Assembly (NCBI RefSeq): GCF_000497125.1
Contig: NC_090599.1
Span: forward strand, 744,001 to 808,000
Source: Spironucleus salmonicida
Taxonomy: Eukaryota
Direction of reading: 5' to 3'
Length of the DNA stretch: 64,000 nucleotides
Shown piece by piece: positions 12,528 through 24,466 of the stretch. A program made the translations under genes and the position numbers. The notes below the pieces were generated by a model. That model was given only the letters and a program-made list of their open reading frames with translations, was not told the origin of the DNA and did not search any database. Positions within the stretch are counted from its first letter, which is position 1, and each line of letters opens with the position of its first letter.

Positions 12528-13684
12528 TTTTTGAAGTGGAAAGTGGAGTGAAATTATATTTAATATTATATAATAGATAATAACTTAACAGACTAATTTT
12601 TTTAACCTAAGTCTCGAAAGTAATAAAATTGTAGCAAGTTGCTGATTTACCTCCCCTCATAGAGCCTATCACAAGTAGCACTCTAAAAATTCAAATTTTT
12701 TGAGCAAAATCCTCTCAATTCTCTCAATTTCACCAACCACCATTAAATTTGAATCCTATATTCTGGTAAATAGATATGCACCACCAACAAGTTCCACTAA
12801 ATACGCCCTTCCGTAATTTTCTTTCGACCTCTCACATTTCTGGCGCCCAAACTTGAGAACCGACTCCCGCATACCATTAAGTTAGCCAGCCATACCTAGC
12901 GACTCGTATCCCTCTACCGGCTCAGCATTTAGCGGGACTGGCCATGCGCAGTTCAAGCAAATCGCCAATTGCAATTCAAGCGTCCCAGCACTTTGTAGCC
13001 CGCCGGTTGCAGTCAATTCGGAGTTCGGAATGCGGCGCGCAGTAATGCATTCTGGGACTTGCCGAAATGGAGCGATTCTCCGATTTCAGGAAAAGTGTAA
13101 TTGCCTAACCATGCTGGAATAGCACACGTACTTTAACGAATGAACATCCCCAATTAAGCCCAGCTGCGCACTTTACCATCAATTTTTTAATGCCCATTTC
13201 GCTCGCCCCCAACCTTTCATCGACGAGAAATACGCATTTTTGCTTTAAAAGTCTGCCCACGCGTTTCGGAGTTGCTACCACGCGCTAGAGCGCAAACACG
13301 GCTTTCCGGAACTTGCTGCTTGGAATGCTTAATCCTGAAGCGCACGCTTAGAGCAAACGCAAATGCGGCGATCTGTGATAGAAAATGACTTTGTTGGGAC
13401 CGTGCAGCCCATATTGCGCAGAAACGGGTGCTAAAACTGCAGTTTGGGGCGCCAGGTTGCGAGGGGCGGGTTCGCATCGGGGCCCAGGGAATGGGCCGAG
13501 GGTGAAAAGGGCAGAAAATCCCAGCGCTCGGGAGGGCTGATAAATAAGTTTCTGGGCATCGTTCCATTGCAGGGATTGGGCGGAGGCGATGCAATTTGCG
13601 GCGTATCGCACCGCCAGAGGGCCCAACCGGATTCCGCCTATAATACGCAGTATACAAGGTATCGCAGCCACTTCCTTTGCAATA

Positions 13685-14251
13685 ATGCAGAAACCCGTGC
13701 AGGACGTCGTGCGCTTCTTCTCGCTGTTCTTCAAGCAGTCGCTCTCCGAGATCCAGAGCATATCCCAGGACCAGCTGCAGGAGCTCAACTTCAGCGGCAA
13801 GTCCGTGTTCGACGTGGAGGAGGTCCGCGAGGTCCTGACGTCCTTCGCGTCCCAGATCAACTCCCTCGTCAGCTCGGACCAGGAGAAGATCTCGAAGCTC
13901 GCGGGATCCCTCGCAATGCAGCTGATGTCGCAGGCCAGCGAGCAGTCGGTCGAGATCTAGCCCAAGATTACCGACCTCGAGAACGAGGCCCGGCTGAAGA
14001 TGTTCGAGAAGGGCGTCGACAACCAGAACGCGACCCAGTTTAAGAAGGTGGACAACACGTCCCTCATCCAGAACGAGGGCCGGATCAAGGAGCTCGAGGC
14101 CCAGCTGCTCCAGAAGGACGCCGAGCTCGCGGAGGCGGGGTAGCTGCTCCAGGCCAAGGTGGACGCCGCGCCCCAGTACCAGAACATCGTCCGGATGATG
14201 AAGAAGAAGAACGAGGAGATAGAGGAGCTCAGGGACAGGCTAGGCGAGTGA
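13685..14251 (+). CDS. LZTFL1: LZTFL1/BBS17-like coiled-coil protein (188 aa), copy 1
   Basis: VFDVEEVREVL, ITDLENEARL and QYQNIVRMMKKKNEEIEELRDRL match LZTFL1 blocks from memory; two internal TAG; ends GAG-TGA. Confidence 0.75.
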
Positions 14252-14782
14252 CGCAATCTGTATAGTTGGGCGGGCGTGAGTCGGCCGCCGGCGCTAGGTC
14301 GCTTCTGCGCATCCGCCGTACATCCTCCCGGTGCTCCGAGCCGCGCTAGGGCCCGGGTCTGGCTTTTCCAGCTGCGCCCCTTTCAGGGCTGGGGAGTACT
14401 GTCGTGCGATTGAATCTGTATTGCGCCCAGGGTGCGAGAATCTGGCCAGGCAGCAGTTTCGGGTTACCCGTGCCAGCAACTACCCGAAGAGCGAGGGAGC
14501 TATGGCAGTGGGTGTATAGGCAGCCATTCGGGCATGGCGTCATACTCCGAGGGCACACCCATGCGGAGAGCAGGACCATTCAGATCACGCTAGCCACCAC
14601 AAGGAGACCTGGCGAGCCGCCCGCAGCCATGCCGGGTGCGTCGACGTAGCATCGCGTGTTGCTTTTCGCTCCCGCACGAAAGGTAGGCTGGATATTATAA
14701 TCTGCCTATGTCCTTCAAAAACATAAAATTCTAGTATATACCCCTTAAATATGAAACCAGCACTTATGCGTTCTCTTTATAA

Positions 14783-15130
14783 ATGTCAAGCACCCAAGCG
14801 TGTGCTGTAGTTGAAGAGAACTGCTCGGCCGGGTGTGCGGACACCGCTAACGGGAATCGTCAGGTGGTCTGCAGCGCCCAGCAGGTGCCCTGCGCGTTCA
14901 GGTCATACGCCTTCGAGCCCTTCGAATGCACCACAGCGTCTGGGACGAAGCTTACACCATGCCTCGTGCAGGAGGACTCGTACTTCTGCATCTTCGCCAC
15001 CGTGATGACGGCCTGGAAGCCCATCTCGGCGATCTTGTTCGGCGTGGTCCTGGCGCTGTTCATCGTGCTGGTCGTGTCCACGTGCATCTGCTGTCTGAGG
15101 GCGCCCAAGCAGAAGAACGTCCAGGTGTGA
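14783..15130 (+). CDS. Small Cys-rich single-pass membrane protein (115 aa), copy 1
   Basis: Cys-rich N-terminal part, TM helix, then CICCLR and a basic tail. Confidence 0.8.
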   Translation: MSSTQACAVVEENCSAGCADTANGNRQVVCSAQQVPCAFRSYAFEPFECTTASGTKLTPCLVQEDSYFCIFATVMTAWKPISAILFGVVLALFIVLVVSTCICCLRAPKQKNVQV

Positions 15131-15207
15131 TTGGTTACGTGTCACTGTCCGAGGGCAAGTATCGGCGGCAGCTTCGGATATTATATGCATTCTGCGGCAA
15201 TCGGAAA

Positions 15208-15450
15208 ATGGACGCGCTGCAGGTGGGCCAGGCCACGATCGCACCGTACTCGAGCACGCCGTCGGGCCGCTTCGCCGGTCTCTCCCCAGTAATCCTGGAC
15301 GCATAGGACGCCGAGCTCGTGCGGTGGATGAGCGGGGCGGAGGCCGGAGCAGGACCGCAGACGGAGCCGCAGAAGACGGTGCAGTTCGTGCTGGACGACG
15401 CCAGCGGAGCACCCGAGCCCGCAGACGCGAAGTTCTTCTGCTTCCAGTGA
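15208..15450 (+). CDS. Hypothetical protein (80 aa), copy 1
   Basis: MDALQVGQ...KFFCFQ through one TAG; ends CAG-TGA. Confidence 0.65.
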
Positions 15451-15524
15451 CCGACTTCGTCAAGTAAAATATCCGCCGCTATCCCCAGTATACCGTATTT
15501 AGTCCCAAGGTACCAGAATTCAAA

Positions 15525-15875
15525 ATGTACGCAGAGACGCTTCGCCGCATGCAGGAGGAGAGCGACGACTTCTTCCGCCAGGCGCAGCTGCTCCGGGCCA
15601 AGATTGCCGCCACCCGTGCCCTCGTGGCCCAGCTGCAGGGCAAGCCTGCGGGCGACCTCTACGCGAAGGCTCCCGCCACGCCCGACGCCTCCGCCCAGCC
15701 GCAGACCTTCTCGGGCGGGGAGATCGCTGGGTAGCGCTGCGTGGAGAATGTTGCGGGTGATGCTGCAGATACCGGCGCAGCTGCGCCCACGGGGAACGCC
15801 GGACAGCGCCGCTGGGCTGTATGCCTCGCGCTGGCGGTTCTAGGTCTGGCGGCCCTGTCCGTGCTTACGAAGTGA
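15525..15875 (+). CDS. Coiled-coil protein with C-terminal TM helix (116 aa), copy 1
   Basis: Reads through TAG 15732 to ...RWAVCLALAVLGLAALSVLTK-TGA. Confidence 0.75.
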
Positions 15876-16105
15876 TGAAAGTCTTTTGCTGTCGCGCGGG
15901 AGGTGCGCTTCGTGCGGTGAGGTGTGCACTGGGTGTGGGTCCAGGCCGTTCTCGCACAGCCGCCTGCATGGTCAGAGCCACCTGCCTGGGATGGGCAGCG
16001 GCTCACTCCTAGTATGCATGGCCTGGACGGGAATATTGTGATGGCCGGTACAGACTCGGGAGCACCAGAGCCCGCCGCTTCACGCCCGCAGAGAAAACTG
16101 AAATA

Positions 16106-17821
16106 TCACTTCGCCGAGCCCAGCACGTGGCTGTTGGCGTTGAAGACCCCCTCGTTGACGCCGAAGCCGCCGCCGCTGATCTGGCTCGTCCGGATCCCGG
16201 TCAGGAAGTCGCTCGTCTCCAGCTTGGTGCTGATATCGTTGCCGCTGTGGTTGAGGTTGAGGCTCTGGCTGACTGCGAGCGACTTGAGGTCCATCAGCGG
16301 AGTCGCCTCCTCCTCCTGCACGAGGTCGTCCACCTGGTGGCCCAGGTTCTGGTTCTGGGTCTCGACCTCGACCTCGCCCTTGCATAGCCGGAGCTCCCAC
16401 ACCCAGCAAATGGTGCCGTACGTCCCGCGGAGGAGGGCGCTCAGGATAATGATGTTCGACACGTCGTAGGTCTGGCCGAAGAAGTAGGCCACGGCGAGGA
16501 GGCAGAGGTCAGAGAGGGCCGCGCAGCCGCTGAGGATGTAGCGGATGCGGTCGTTCTTGGCGCGCGAGAACGCCATGACGAAGCTGTAGGGCGGAACGCA
16601 GATCCCGGCGACCGAGGCGTACTGCAGCTTCGGCAGAATATTCACTATGGTCTCCACCTTCTGCAGCGACGGGGTTATCTGCCTGACGTACAGCGGCACC
16701 AGCACCGACGTGAACAGGAAGGTCACAACGGCGTACACGGTGCAGGCGATGCAGATCTTCCAGAGCTTCTGCCGCAGGAACGTGTGGATCCTGTCCATCC
16801 GGTGGTTGTTCTGGTTCGCGGCCGTGAAGCGCAAGGTGAGCTCCGCGAAGGCGTCGGTGGCGGTCTGCGACACCTCGCTGAGGATGACGAACGAGACGAT
16901 GTAGATCGCCATCAGCTGGTCCATCTCCTCGGACTGGTATTCTCGCGAGAGCATGAGGTAGATGACCACCATGTTCGTCATCGGCCGCCCGATCGCGAAC
17001 AGGAGGCCCTCGAAGAACTTGATGAGGATGAGCGAGACCAGCATCCAGCGGAAGGGGAAGAGCAGCTTCAGGTTGAAGAAGAGATTCTGGTACCGCCCGG
17101 ACAGGAAGTAGAAGTTCGGGATGAAGGAGGCCGCGAGGGCTAGCTGGGGCAGCGAGAACACGGCCACCTGCACGTAGGTGAAGACGTCGATGGAGAACTT
17201 GAGCTACTGGGACACGATGACGAAGAAGTAGAGCGAGTAGCTCGCCATCTGCATCCCCGCCAGGACCGCAGCGCGCCACACGAGCACCGACAGCCGCTGG
17301 TCGGCCTGCAGAGCGGCCTTGATCTCCGGCTCCAGCGCGAAGTTGAGGAGGGCGGTGACGGAGAAGAACTTGAAGTAGAAGGGGAACTCGGAGTTGGCGT
17401 CGCCCGTGAGCAGCAGGTACATTTTGTCGGCCAGAGGGTACACGCAGGCCGTCGCGATGACGATGAAGACGGTGCGGACGAACATGGAGTACGTGAGGTG
17501 CGTCGAGGCTGCCTGGAGCTGCTGCTCGTGCAGGTACCGCTAGATGTAGAAGTAGGTCGTGGCGGTGAAGGCCTCGGAGAGGACCCCGAAGATCGCGACC
17601 ATGAAGTAGTGCACGAAATAGATGTTGGCGGCGTCCAGCGGCGTCAGGTAGTAGGACAGCGTGAAGTAGTTTATGACCGAGACCGTGCGCGAGATGAAGA
17701 TCGGCACGAACTCCGGAATGAAGTGGTGCAGGATCACCTTGTTCAGCGGGTCGGTGACCAGCACCTGCGCCGCGTTGAAGGACCTCAGCGACGACTGCAC
17801 CGAGTACTGGGACTGGGTCAT
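16106..17821 (-). CDS. Multi-pass membrane protein, MATE/MOP-like transporter (571 aa), copy 1
   Basis: Three listed ORFs are in one frame separated by TAG; many TM helices; family inferred from topology and the N-terminal helix pattern. Confidence 0.7.
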
Positions 17822-17920
17822 TTTTAGAGTATATTATACTACTGTATTTGGTACAATATCGTAGTATCTGGAAAAACTCGCGAACCATATATGCAGCACA
17901 TAATAGCAGGCGCACCGAAA

Positions 17921-19066
17921 ATGTACTACACGGGTGCCTTCTCCCAGCAGTTCGGCAAGGGCCAGGACCGCTTCCTCGTCCATACGAGCCCATACCGGGG
18001 GTACCAGCTGCTGGCCATCTTCGACGGCCACGGGGAGACCGCCGACGCCGCGAACTTTCTGCAGCGCAACTTCGCGGCGTTCGCGGAGGCGTCCGACTTC
18101 ACGGACCCGGCCGCGCTGCAGCAGTTCCATCTGCGCGTGCTGGAGCTGGATGCGCAGTTCAACCGGCAGTTCAAGACGCGCTCCGGCGCCACGCTGTGCG
18201 CGGTGTTCCTATCCGAGCACGCGACGCTCGCGTTCAACCTGGGGGACTCGGCCGCGATCTGCGCCAGCAGGACGTCGAGGCAGCCGGCCCCGCTGTCGAC
18301 GCCGCACTCGATCGAGCAGCCGCAGGAGCTGGCGCGGATCCGGCTCAACGGCGGCACGGTGGAGAACGGGCGCTTCTTCCCGGAGACGACGCAGGACTCG
18401 TGGAGCTTCATGGTCACACGGAGCTTCGGGAACGGTTTTGCGAAGGGGCGCAGCCTCACGGCCAGCGGCGACTTCTTTACCTCCAGGCCGGATTACGTCC
18501 CATGCAAGCGGGGCGGCAAGATCCAGCAGTTCACAGGCGACTTCGAGTGGGTTCTGTGCTTCTCTGACGGTCTGGAGGTGCTCAAGAACAGCGATATCTG
18601 CCACTTCGTGAACGAGCAGCTCGGGAAGTATGCGCTCACCCGAAACAACGAATTCGCGAACCCCAACATAATCTGCCAGAAGCTGGTGCATAAATGCTAC
18701 GACCGGTGCCGCCACTTATCCTATATCGACGATATCAGCTGCTGCCTTGCGATCAAAAGGAGTGTTCTGGATATCCAGAAGCCTGTGCAGGTGCAACATA
18801 TCCGTGCACCCTAGACGCGGTAATCTTTCTAGCGTAAACTATAACCGTTGGATTTCTGTGTATATTTCGATAGTTTCTAGCTTAATTTACGGTAAAACTA
18901 TAATAAGTACCTTAAAATGAACAAGACCATAGATTTGATGTACGGTAGGGGGCAAGGAGACTTTAAGGACTTCTACTGCTGTCTAAATGATCACCAAAAA
19001 GTAGACATCTCAGCAGACTTCATCAAAAAGGAGGATCTAGTCCTAACGGCACTTAAGATGAAGTGA
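17921..19066 (+). CDS. PP2C-family protein phosphatase (381 aa), copy 1
   Basis: Motifs QDR, IFDGHG, GAT, NLGDS, TRSFG, SDGL, DDIS; reads through TAG/TAA to AAG-TGA; alternative start 17891. Confidence 0.9.
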
Positions 19067-20221
19067 GGCTATAGTGGATTTCTCGGACCCTGATGCTCAG
19101 AATACGGTCCTAGAATTCAAGATACCAACAGGTATAACACAATATTCTGGGATTATGGTTTCATTTGGACAGTCTATTATTTTATTTATTGATTGTAAGA
19201 GAATACAACTAGATATTATGTGCAACACGACTGCCCATGTTTGTAGCATATAGCAAACATTAATGTATAAATAGTAGTATTATCCAATATTTGGCTGAAT
19301 TAGCCATTTAAAATATATAGGTATCGACTCTTTATATAGCATATTATAGCAATTCGTTTCTAAACAAGATGCTATAAATATTGACCACGCTATATTCTGA
19401 TTTTTTTTCTGTAGCTGGTATATAGACTATTATGGATCTCTATATCGACTGTACTTAATCATACCAAGTGATATAGAAATAGATTGCAATGAATTAGCTG
19501 TTACTATATTATTCCCTTATTTTTAAAGACTCTGTGCATTTGGTTCATCTTAATATTTTTAAAATTACAAATAATCATCCATGGCATAATAATATATTTT
19601 TGAAAAACACTCGTTTAGCATCCCAAAATATAACCTTAAGTTTCTTAATTATGCTAAATTGTTTAACACTGAGTAATACTACTCCGCATTCTATATTAGC
19701 AGGCTACCAAATATGACGAAATTTGCAGTAAATAAAATACTTAGTAAAGGTATGTAGATGTTGCAGTTATGTTATCTTTGGTATAATTGTTATACTATTC
19801 CGTATTATAAGGCTTAGTTAACAATTTCAAGGATTGCGGGCTTAACGAATTAAAGTTGATTAAAAGATTTAAATAATATTTTTTTTGTATTTACAGTTAT
19901 GAAAGGCCAATCTGATATTGGTAGTAAACCAACATGGAATATATTTGAGTAATCGGGATGTAGCCCAGAACTTCTACAAAGATAAGACGCTTCATAAGCC
20001 TCAAAATGAAGCGTACTTACATAATTTCTTTACAAAATTATCTAGGGTATATTTATGAAGGTGTTAACATGTTGAAAACTAGTAAGATCAACAACTATCA
20101 GCCTTATCTCCTGCCATACAAGAATTAATGTTTTTGTGTTTTCTTTCTAAAATAGTTTTTCGATACAGTCTTGGAGATAATTGTATTCTAACTGTTTATA
20201 CTGAATTTTATTTTTAAAAGC

Positions 20222-20449
20222 TCACTTATGTTCCACAATTTACATGACGGTTTTAATCAAATCCATTATACTGTCTTCCGTATTTCTAGATTCCATATCA
20301 CCTTAATTAATTTTTATATATTTGTTCCGCAAAGACGCAGCAGTTCGGCTTGAGAAGTAAGTCTTGCGTATGTAATTCCACTTGGTACCGTGTCTTTATA
20401 TGCATTACAGAAGTTTATCTTCTTCTGTGTACGTCCAAGTATCTACCAT
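20222..20449 (-). CDS. Single Myb/SANT-repeat small protein (75 aa), copy 1
   Basis: WTYTEEDKLLQCIQRHGTKWNYIRKTYFSSRTAASLRNKY is a canonical Myb repeat; ends AAG-TGA; in-frame upstream ATG at 20530 in this copy only. Confidence 0.9.
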
Positions 20450-21839
20450 TTTTAAGAGTTTGATCAAATTGTTAATAAACTATATAGTCCGTATTAGGTT
20501 TTAGTTTAACAGTTTCTTAGTGTGGCTCATATTAATCTATCTATTATGATTATTGAATTAATTTCCAGTTTCATATATTAAAGTTAGTTTATTTAAATAT
20601 TACGAGCTTAATTTATCTTTAACTAGTTTTTATAATTCCATAAATGAATATTTTTAAGTATAAGTTATTATGTGAAAACATAATTTATTATCTTTATTTT
20701 AATAATAAATTATTTGCAAATAATAAAACTTCAATTTATTATAAGTTTACAGAATTAAAATATATTAGAAAATAACTGACTTTATAAGATTAATCCAAAG
20801 GTTATAATATTTTTAATATTATAACAAAAATGTAATTATAGTAATCATTTTTTAATGTTTTCATGCATTTCAAATTAAACCACAATCAAATATTAATAAT
20901 AATTTAACATAAATACATTAATTTATAAAAATACCGAAAAAATTATTTTATTGAATAAAGTCGTTTAGAAACAGATAATTTTATAGATTAAATTATCTAA
21001 TTTTTTTAAATATACATAATAAAGTTTCATATTAGAAAAATTATAAAACCTATATTAATAATATAAATCACACTTATATTATATATTAACTTTAAGTTTA
21101 TAATTAATTTTAGTAAAGTCTAATCTTTAAGGCAATGTTATTTTTTAATAAAATATAACAGTAAATTACTTCCAAACTAACTAAACACTAAACATAATGT
21201 TTATTATAAATTCGTATACTATTATTTGCAAGTAATCAAATACATCTAAATGTAATTTATCAAATTAACTATTGTGATGTTTTGTAATTAGTATTTTTAC
21301 ATACAATAATATAATTTAAAAACTTGTATATACATATCTTCAAATCTTTACTATATAATGCAAGATTCTGTGATCATATCATGATAAAATACTTGGATCA
21401 AAATATATATAAAATTATTTCTTTGCCTTATCATTTTAATTCTTCAAAAAAATTAAATTTAAAATTCATATGGTAATAGTTTTATTGAAGTAATGCAATT
21501 TATATTATTAATAATATAAGATATCAAATAATGAAAATTACCGATACTAATTGTTAAATTGAATAATGTTGAAAAAACAGATTTATAATAACATCAATAA
21601 TATTGGAATTGTTAGATATAGTTAGTTGTAAATATTTAATTGATTAATTTTAAACTATTTGTTGGATTTACTTAAATATTGTTACATAGTAGTGAAAATT
21701 TAGAAAACACAGATGAAGTGAACCCTAAATTATAATTTGTTACTAATATTTAACTACTGGCGATAGTTTCTTGAAACTGTTAAACTAAAACCTAATACGG
21801 ACTATATAGTTTATTAACAATTTGATCAAACTCTTAAAA

Positions 21840-22067
21840 ATGGTAGATACTTGGACGTACACAGAAGAAGATAAACTTCTGTAATGCATATAAAGACACG
21901 GTACCAAGTGGAATTACATACGCAAGACTTACTTCTCAAGCCGAACTGCTGCGTCTTTGCGGAACAAATATATAAAAATTAATTAAGGTGATATGGAATC
22001 TAGAAATACGGAAGACAGTATAATGGATTTGATTAAAACCGTCATGTAAATTGTGGAACATAAGTGA
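21840..22067 (+). CDS. Single Myb/SANT-repeat small protein, copy 2
   Basis: Mirror of 20222-20449. Confidence 0.9.
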
Positions 22068-23221
22068 GCTTTTAAAAATAAAATTCAGTATAAACAGTTA
22101 GAATACAATTATCTCCAAGACTGTATCGAAAAACTATTTTAGAAAGAAAACACAAAAACATTAATTCTTGTATGGCAGGAGATAAGGCTGATAGTTGTTG
22201 ATCTTACTAGTTTTCAACATGTTAACACCTTCATAAATATACCCTAGATAATTTTGTAAAGAAATTATGTAAGTACGCTTCATTTTGAGGCTTATGAAGC
22301 GTCTTATCTTTGTAGAAGTTCTGGGCTACATCCCGATTACTCAAATATATTCCATGTTGGTTTACTACCAATATCAGATTGGCCTTTCATAACTGTAAAT
22401 ACAAAAAAAATATTATTTAAATCTTTTAATCAACTTTAATTCGTTAAGCCCGCAATCCTTGAAATTGTTAACTAAGCCTTATAATACGGAATAGTATAAC
22501 AATTATACCAAAGATAACATAACTGCAACATCTACATACCTTTACTAAGTATTTTATTTACTGCAAATTTCGTCATATTTGGTAGCCTGCTAATATAGAA
22601 TGCGGAGTAGTATTACTCAGTGTTAAACAATTTAGCATAATTAAGAAACTTAAGGTCATATTTTGGGATGCTAAACGAGTGTTTTTCAAAAATATATTAT
22701 TATGCCATGGATGATTATTTGTAATTTTAAAAATATTAAGATGAACCAAATGCACAGAGTCTTTAAAAATAAGGGAATAATATAGTAACAGCTAATTCAT
22801 TGCAATCTATTTCTATATCACTTGGTATGATTAAGTACAGTCGATATAGAGATCCATAATAGTCTATATACCAGCTACAGAAAAAAATCAGAATATAGCG
22901 TGGTCAATATTTATAGCATCTTGTTTAGAAACGAATTGCTATAATATGCTATATAAAGAGTCGATACCTATATATTTTAAATGGCTAATTCAGCCAAATA
23001 TTGGATAATACTACTATTTATACATTAATGTTTGCTATATGCTACAAACATGGGCAGTCGTGTTGCACATAATATCTAGTTGTATTCTCTTACAATCAAT
23101 AAATAAAATAATAGACTGTCCAAATGAAACCATAATCCCAGAATATTGTGTTATACCTGTTGGTATCTTGAATTCTAGGACCGTATTCTGAGCATCAGGG
23201 TCCGAGAAATCCACTATAGCC

Positions 23222-24367
23222 TCACTTCATCTTAAGTGCCGTTAGGACTAGATCCTCCTTTTTGATGAAGTCTGCTGAGATGTCTACTTTTTGGTGATCA
23301 TTTAGACAGCAGTAGAAGTCCTTAAAGTCTCCTTGCCCCCTACCGTACATCAAATCTATGGTCTTGTTCATTTTAAGGTACTTATTATAGTTTTACCGTA
23401 AATTAAGCTAGAAACTATCGAAATATACACAGAAATCCAACGGTTATAGTTTACGCTAGAAAGATTACCGCGTCTAGGGTGCACGGATATGTTGCACCTG
23501 CACAGGCTTCTGGATATCCAGAACACTCCTTTTGATCGCAAGGCAGCAGCTGATATCGTCGATATAGGATAAGTGGCGGCACCGGTCGTAGCATTTATGC
23601 ACCAGCTTCTGGCAGATTATGTTGGGGTTCGCGAATTCGTTGTTTCGGGTGAGCGCATACTTCCCGAGCTGCTCGTTCACGAAGTGGCAGATATCGCTGT
23701 TCTTGAGCACCTCCAGACCGTCAGAGAAGCACAGAACCCACTCGAAGTCGCCTGTGAACTGCTGGATCTTGCCGCCCCGCTTGCATGGGACGTAATCCGG
23801 CCTGGAGGTAAAGAAGTCGCCGCTGGCCGTGAGGCTGCGCCCCTTCGCAAAACCGTTCCCGAAGCTCCGTGTGACCATGAAGCTCCACGAGTCCTGCGTC
23901 GTCTCCGGGAAGAAGCGCCCGTTCTCCACCGTGCCGCCGTTGAGCCGGATCCGCGCCAGCTCCTGCGGCTGCTCGATCGAGTGCGGCGTCGACAGCGGGG
24001 CCGGCTGCCTCGACGTCCTGCTGGCGCAGATCGCGGCCGAGTCCCCCAGGTTGAACGCGAGCGTCGCGTGCTCGGATAGGAACACCGCGCACAGCGTGGC
24101 GCCGGAGCGCGTCTTGAACTGCCGGTTGAACTGCGCATCCAGCTCCAGCACGCGCAGATGGAACTGCTGCAGCGCGGCCGGGTCCGTGAAGTCGGACGCC
24201 TCCGCGAACGCCGCGAAGTTGCGCTGCAGAAAGTTCGCGGCGTCGGCGGTCTCCCCGTGGCCGTCGAAGATGGCCAGCAGCTGGTACCCCCGGTATGGGC
24301 TCGTATGGACGAGGAAGCGGTCCTGGCCCTTGCCGAACTGCTGGGAGAAGGCACCCGTGTAGTACAT
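23222..24367 (-). CDS. PP2C-family phosphatase, copy 2
   Basis: Mirror of 17921-19066. Confidence 0.9.
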
Positions 24368-24466
24368 TTTCGGTGCGCCTGCTATTATGTGCTGCATATA
24401 TGGTTCGCGAGTTTTTCCAGATACTACGATATTGTACCAAATACAGTAGTATAATATACTCTAAAA

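Larger units (their letters stand above)
12803..20516. repeat. Inverted duplication 1, left arm (~7.7 kb)
   Basis: Reverse complement of 21773-29485; mirrored ORF coordinates sum to 42288/42289; only a few substitutions and one homopolymer indel noticed. Confidence 0.97.

Noticed and set aside
12600-13660. Gene at the outer end of inverted duplication 1 (e.g. MERCPETY...)
   Set aside because: The frames I read are interrupted by TGA or lack a plausible start; it may be a degraded gene but cannot be called.
16509-17993. 494-aa Arg/Pro/Gly-rich ORF and similar overlapping ORFs in GC islands (e.g. 45409-46671, 54858-56003, 7780-8475)
   Set aside because: Off-frame or antisense shadows of GC3-biased genes.
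18917-19066. Separate 49-aa micro-ORF MNKTIDLMY...
   Set aside because: In frame with PP2C once TAR is read as Gln; it is the PP2C C-terminus.
19534-19716. 60-aa ORF and its mirror at 22573-22755
   Set aside because: GTG start in AT-rich DNA with no coding signature; its conservation only reflects the duplication.
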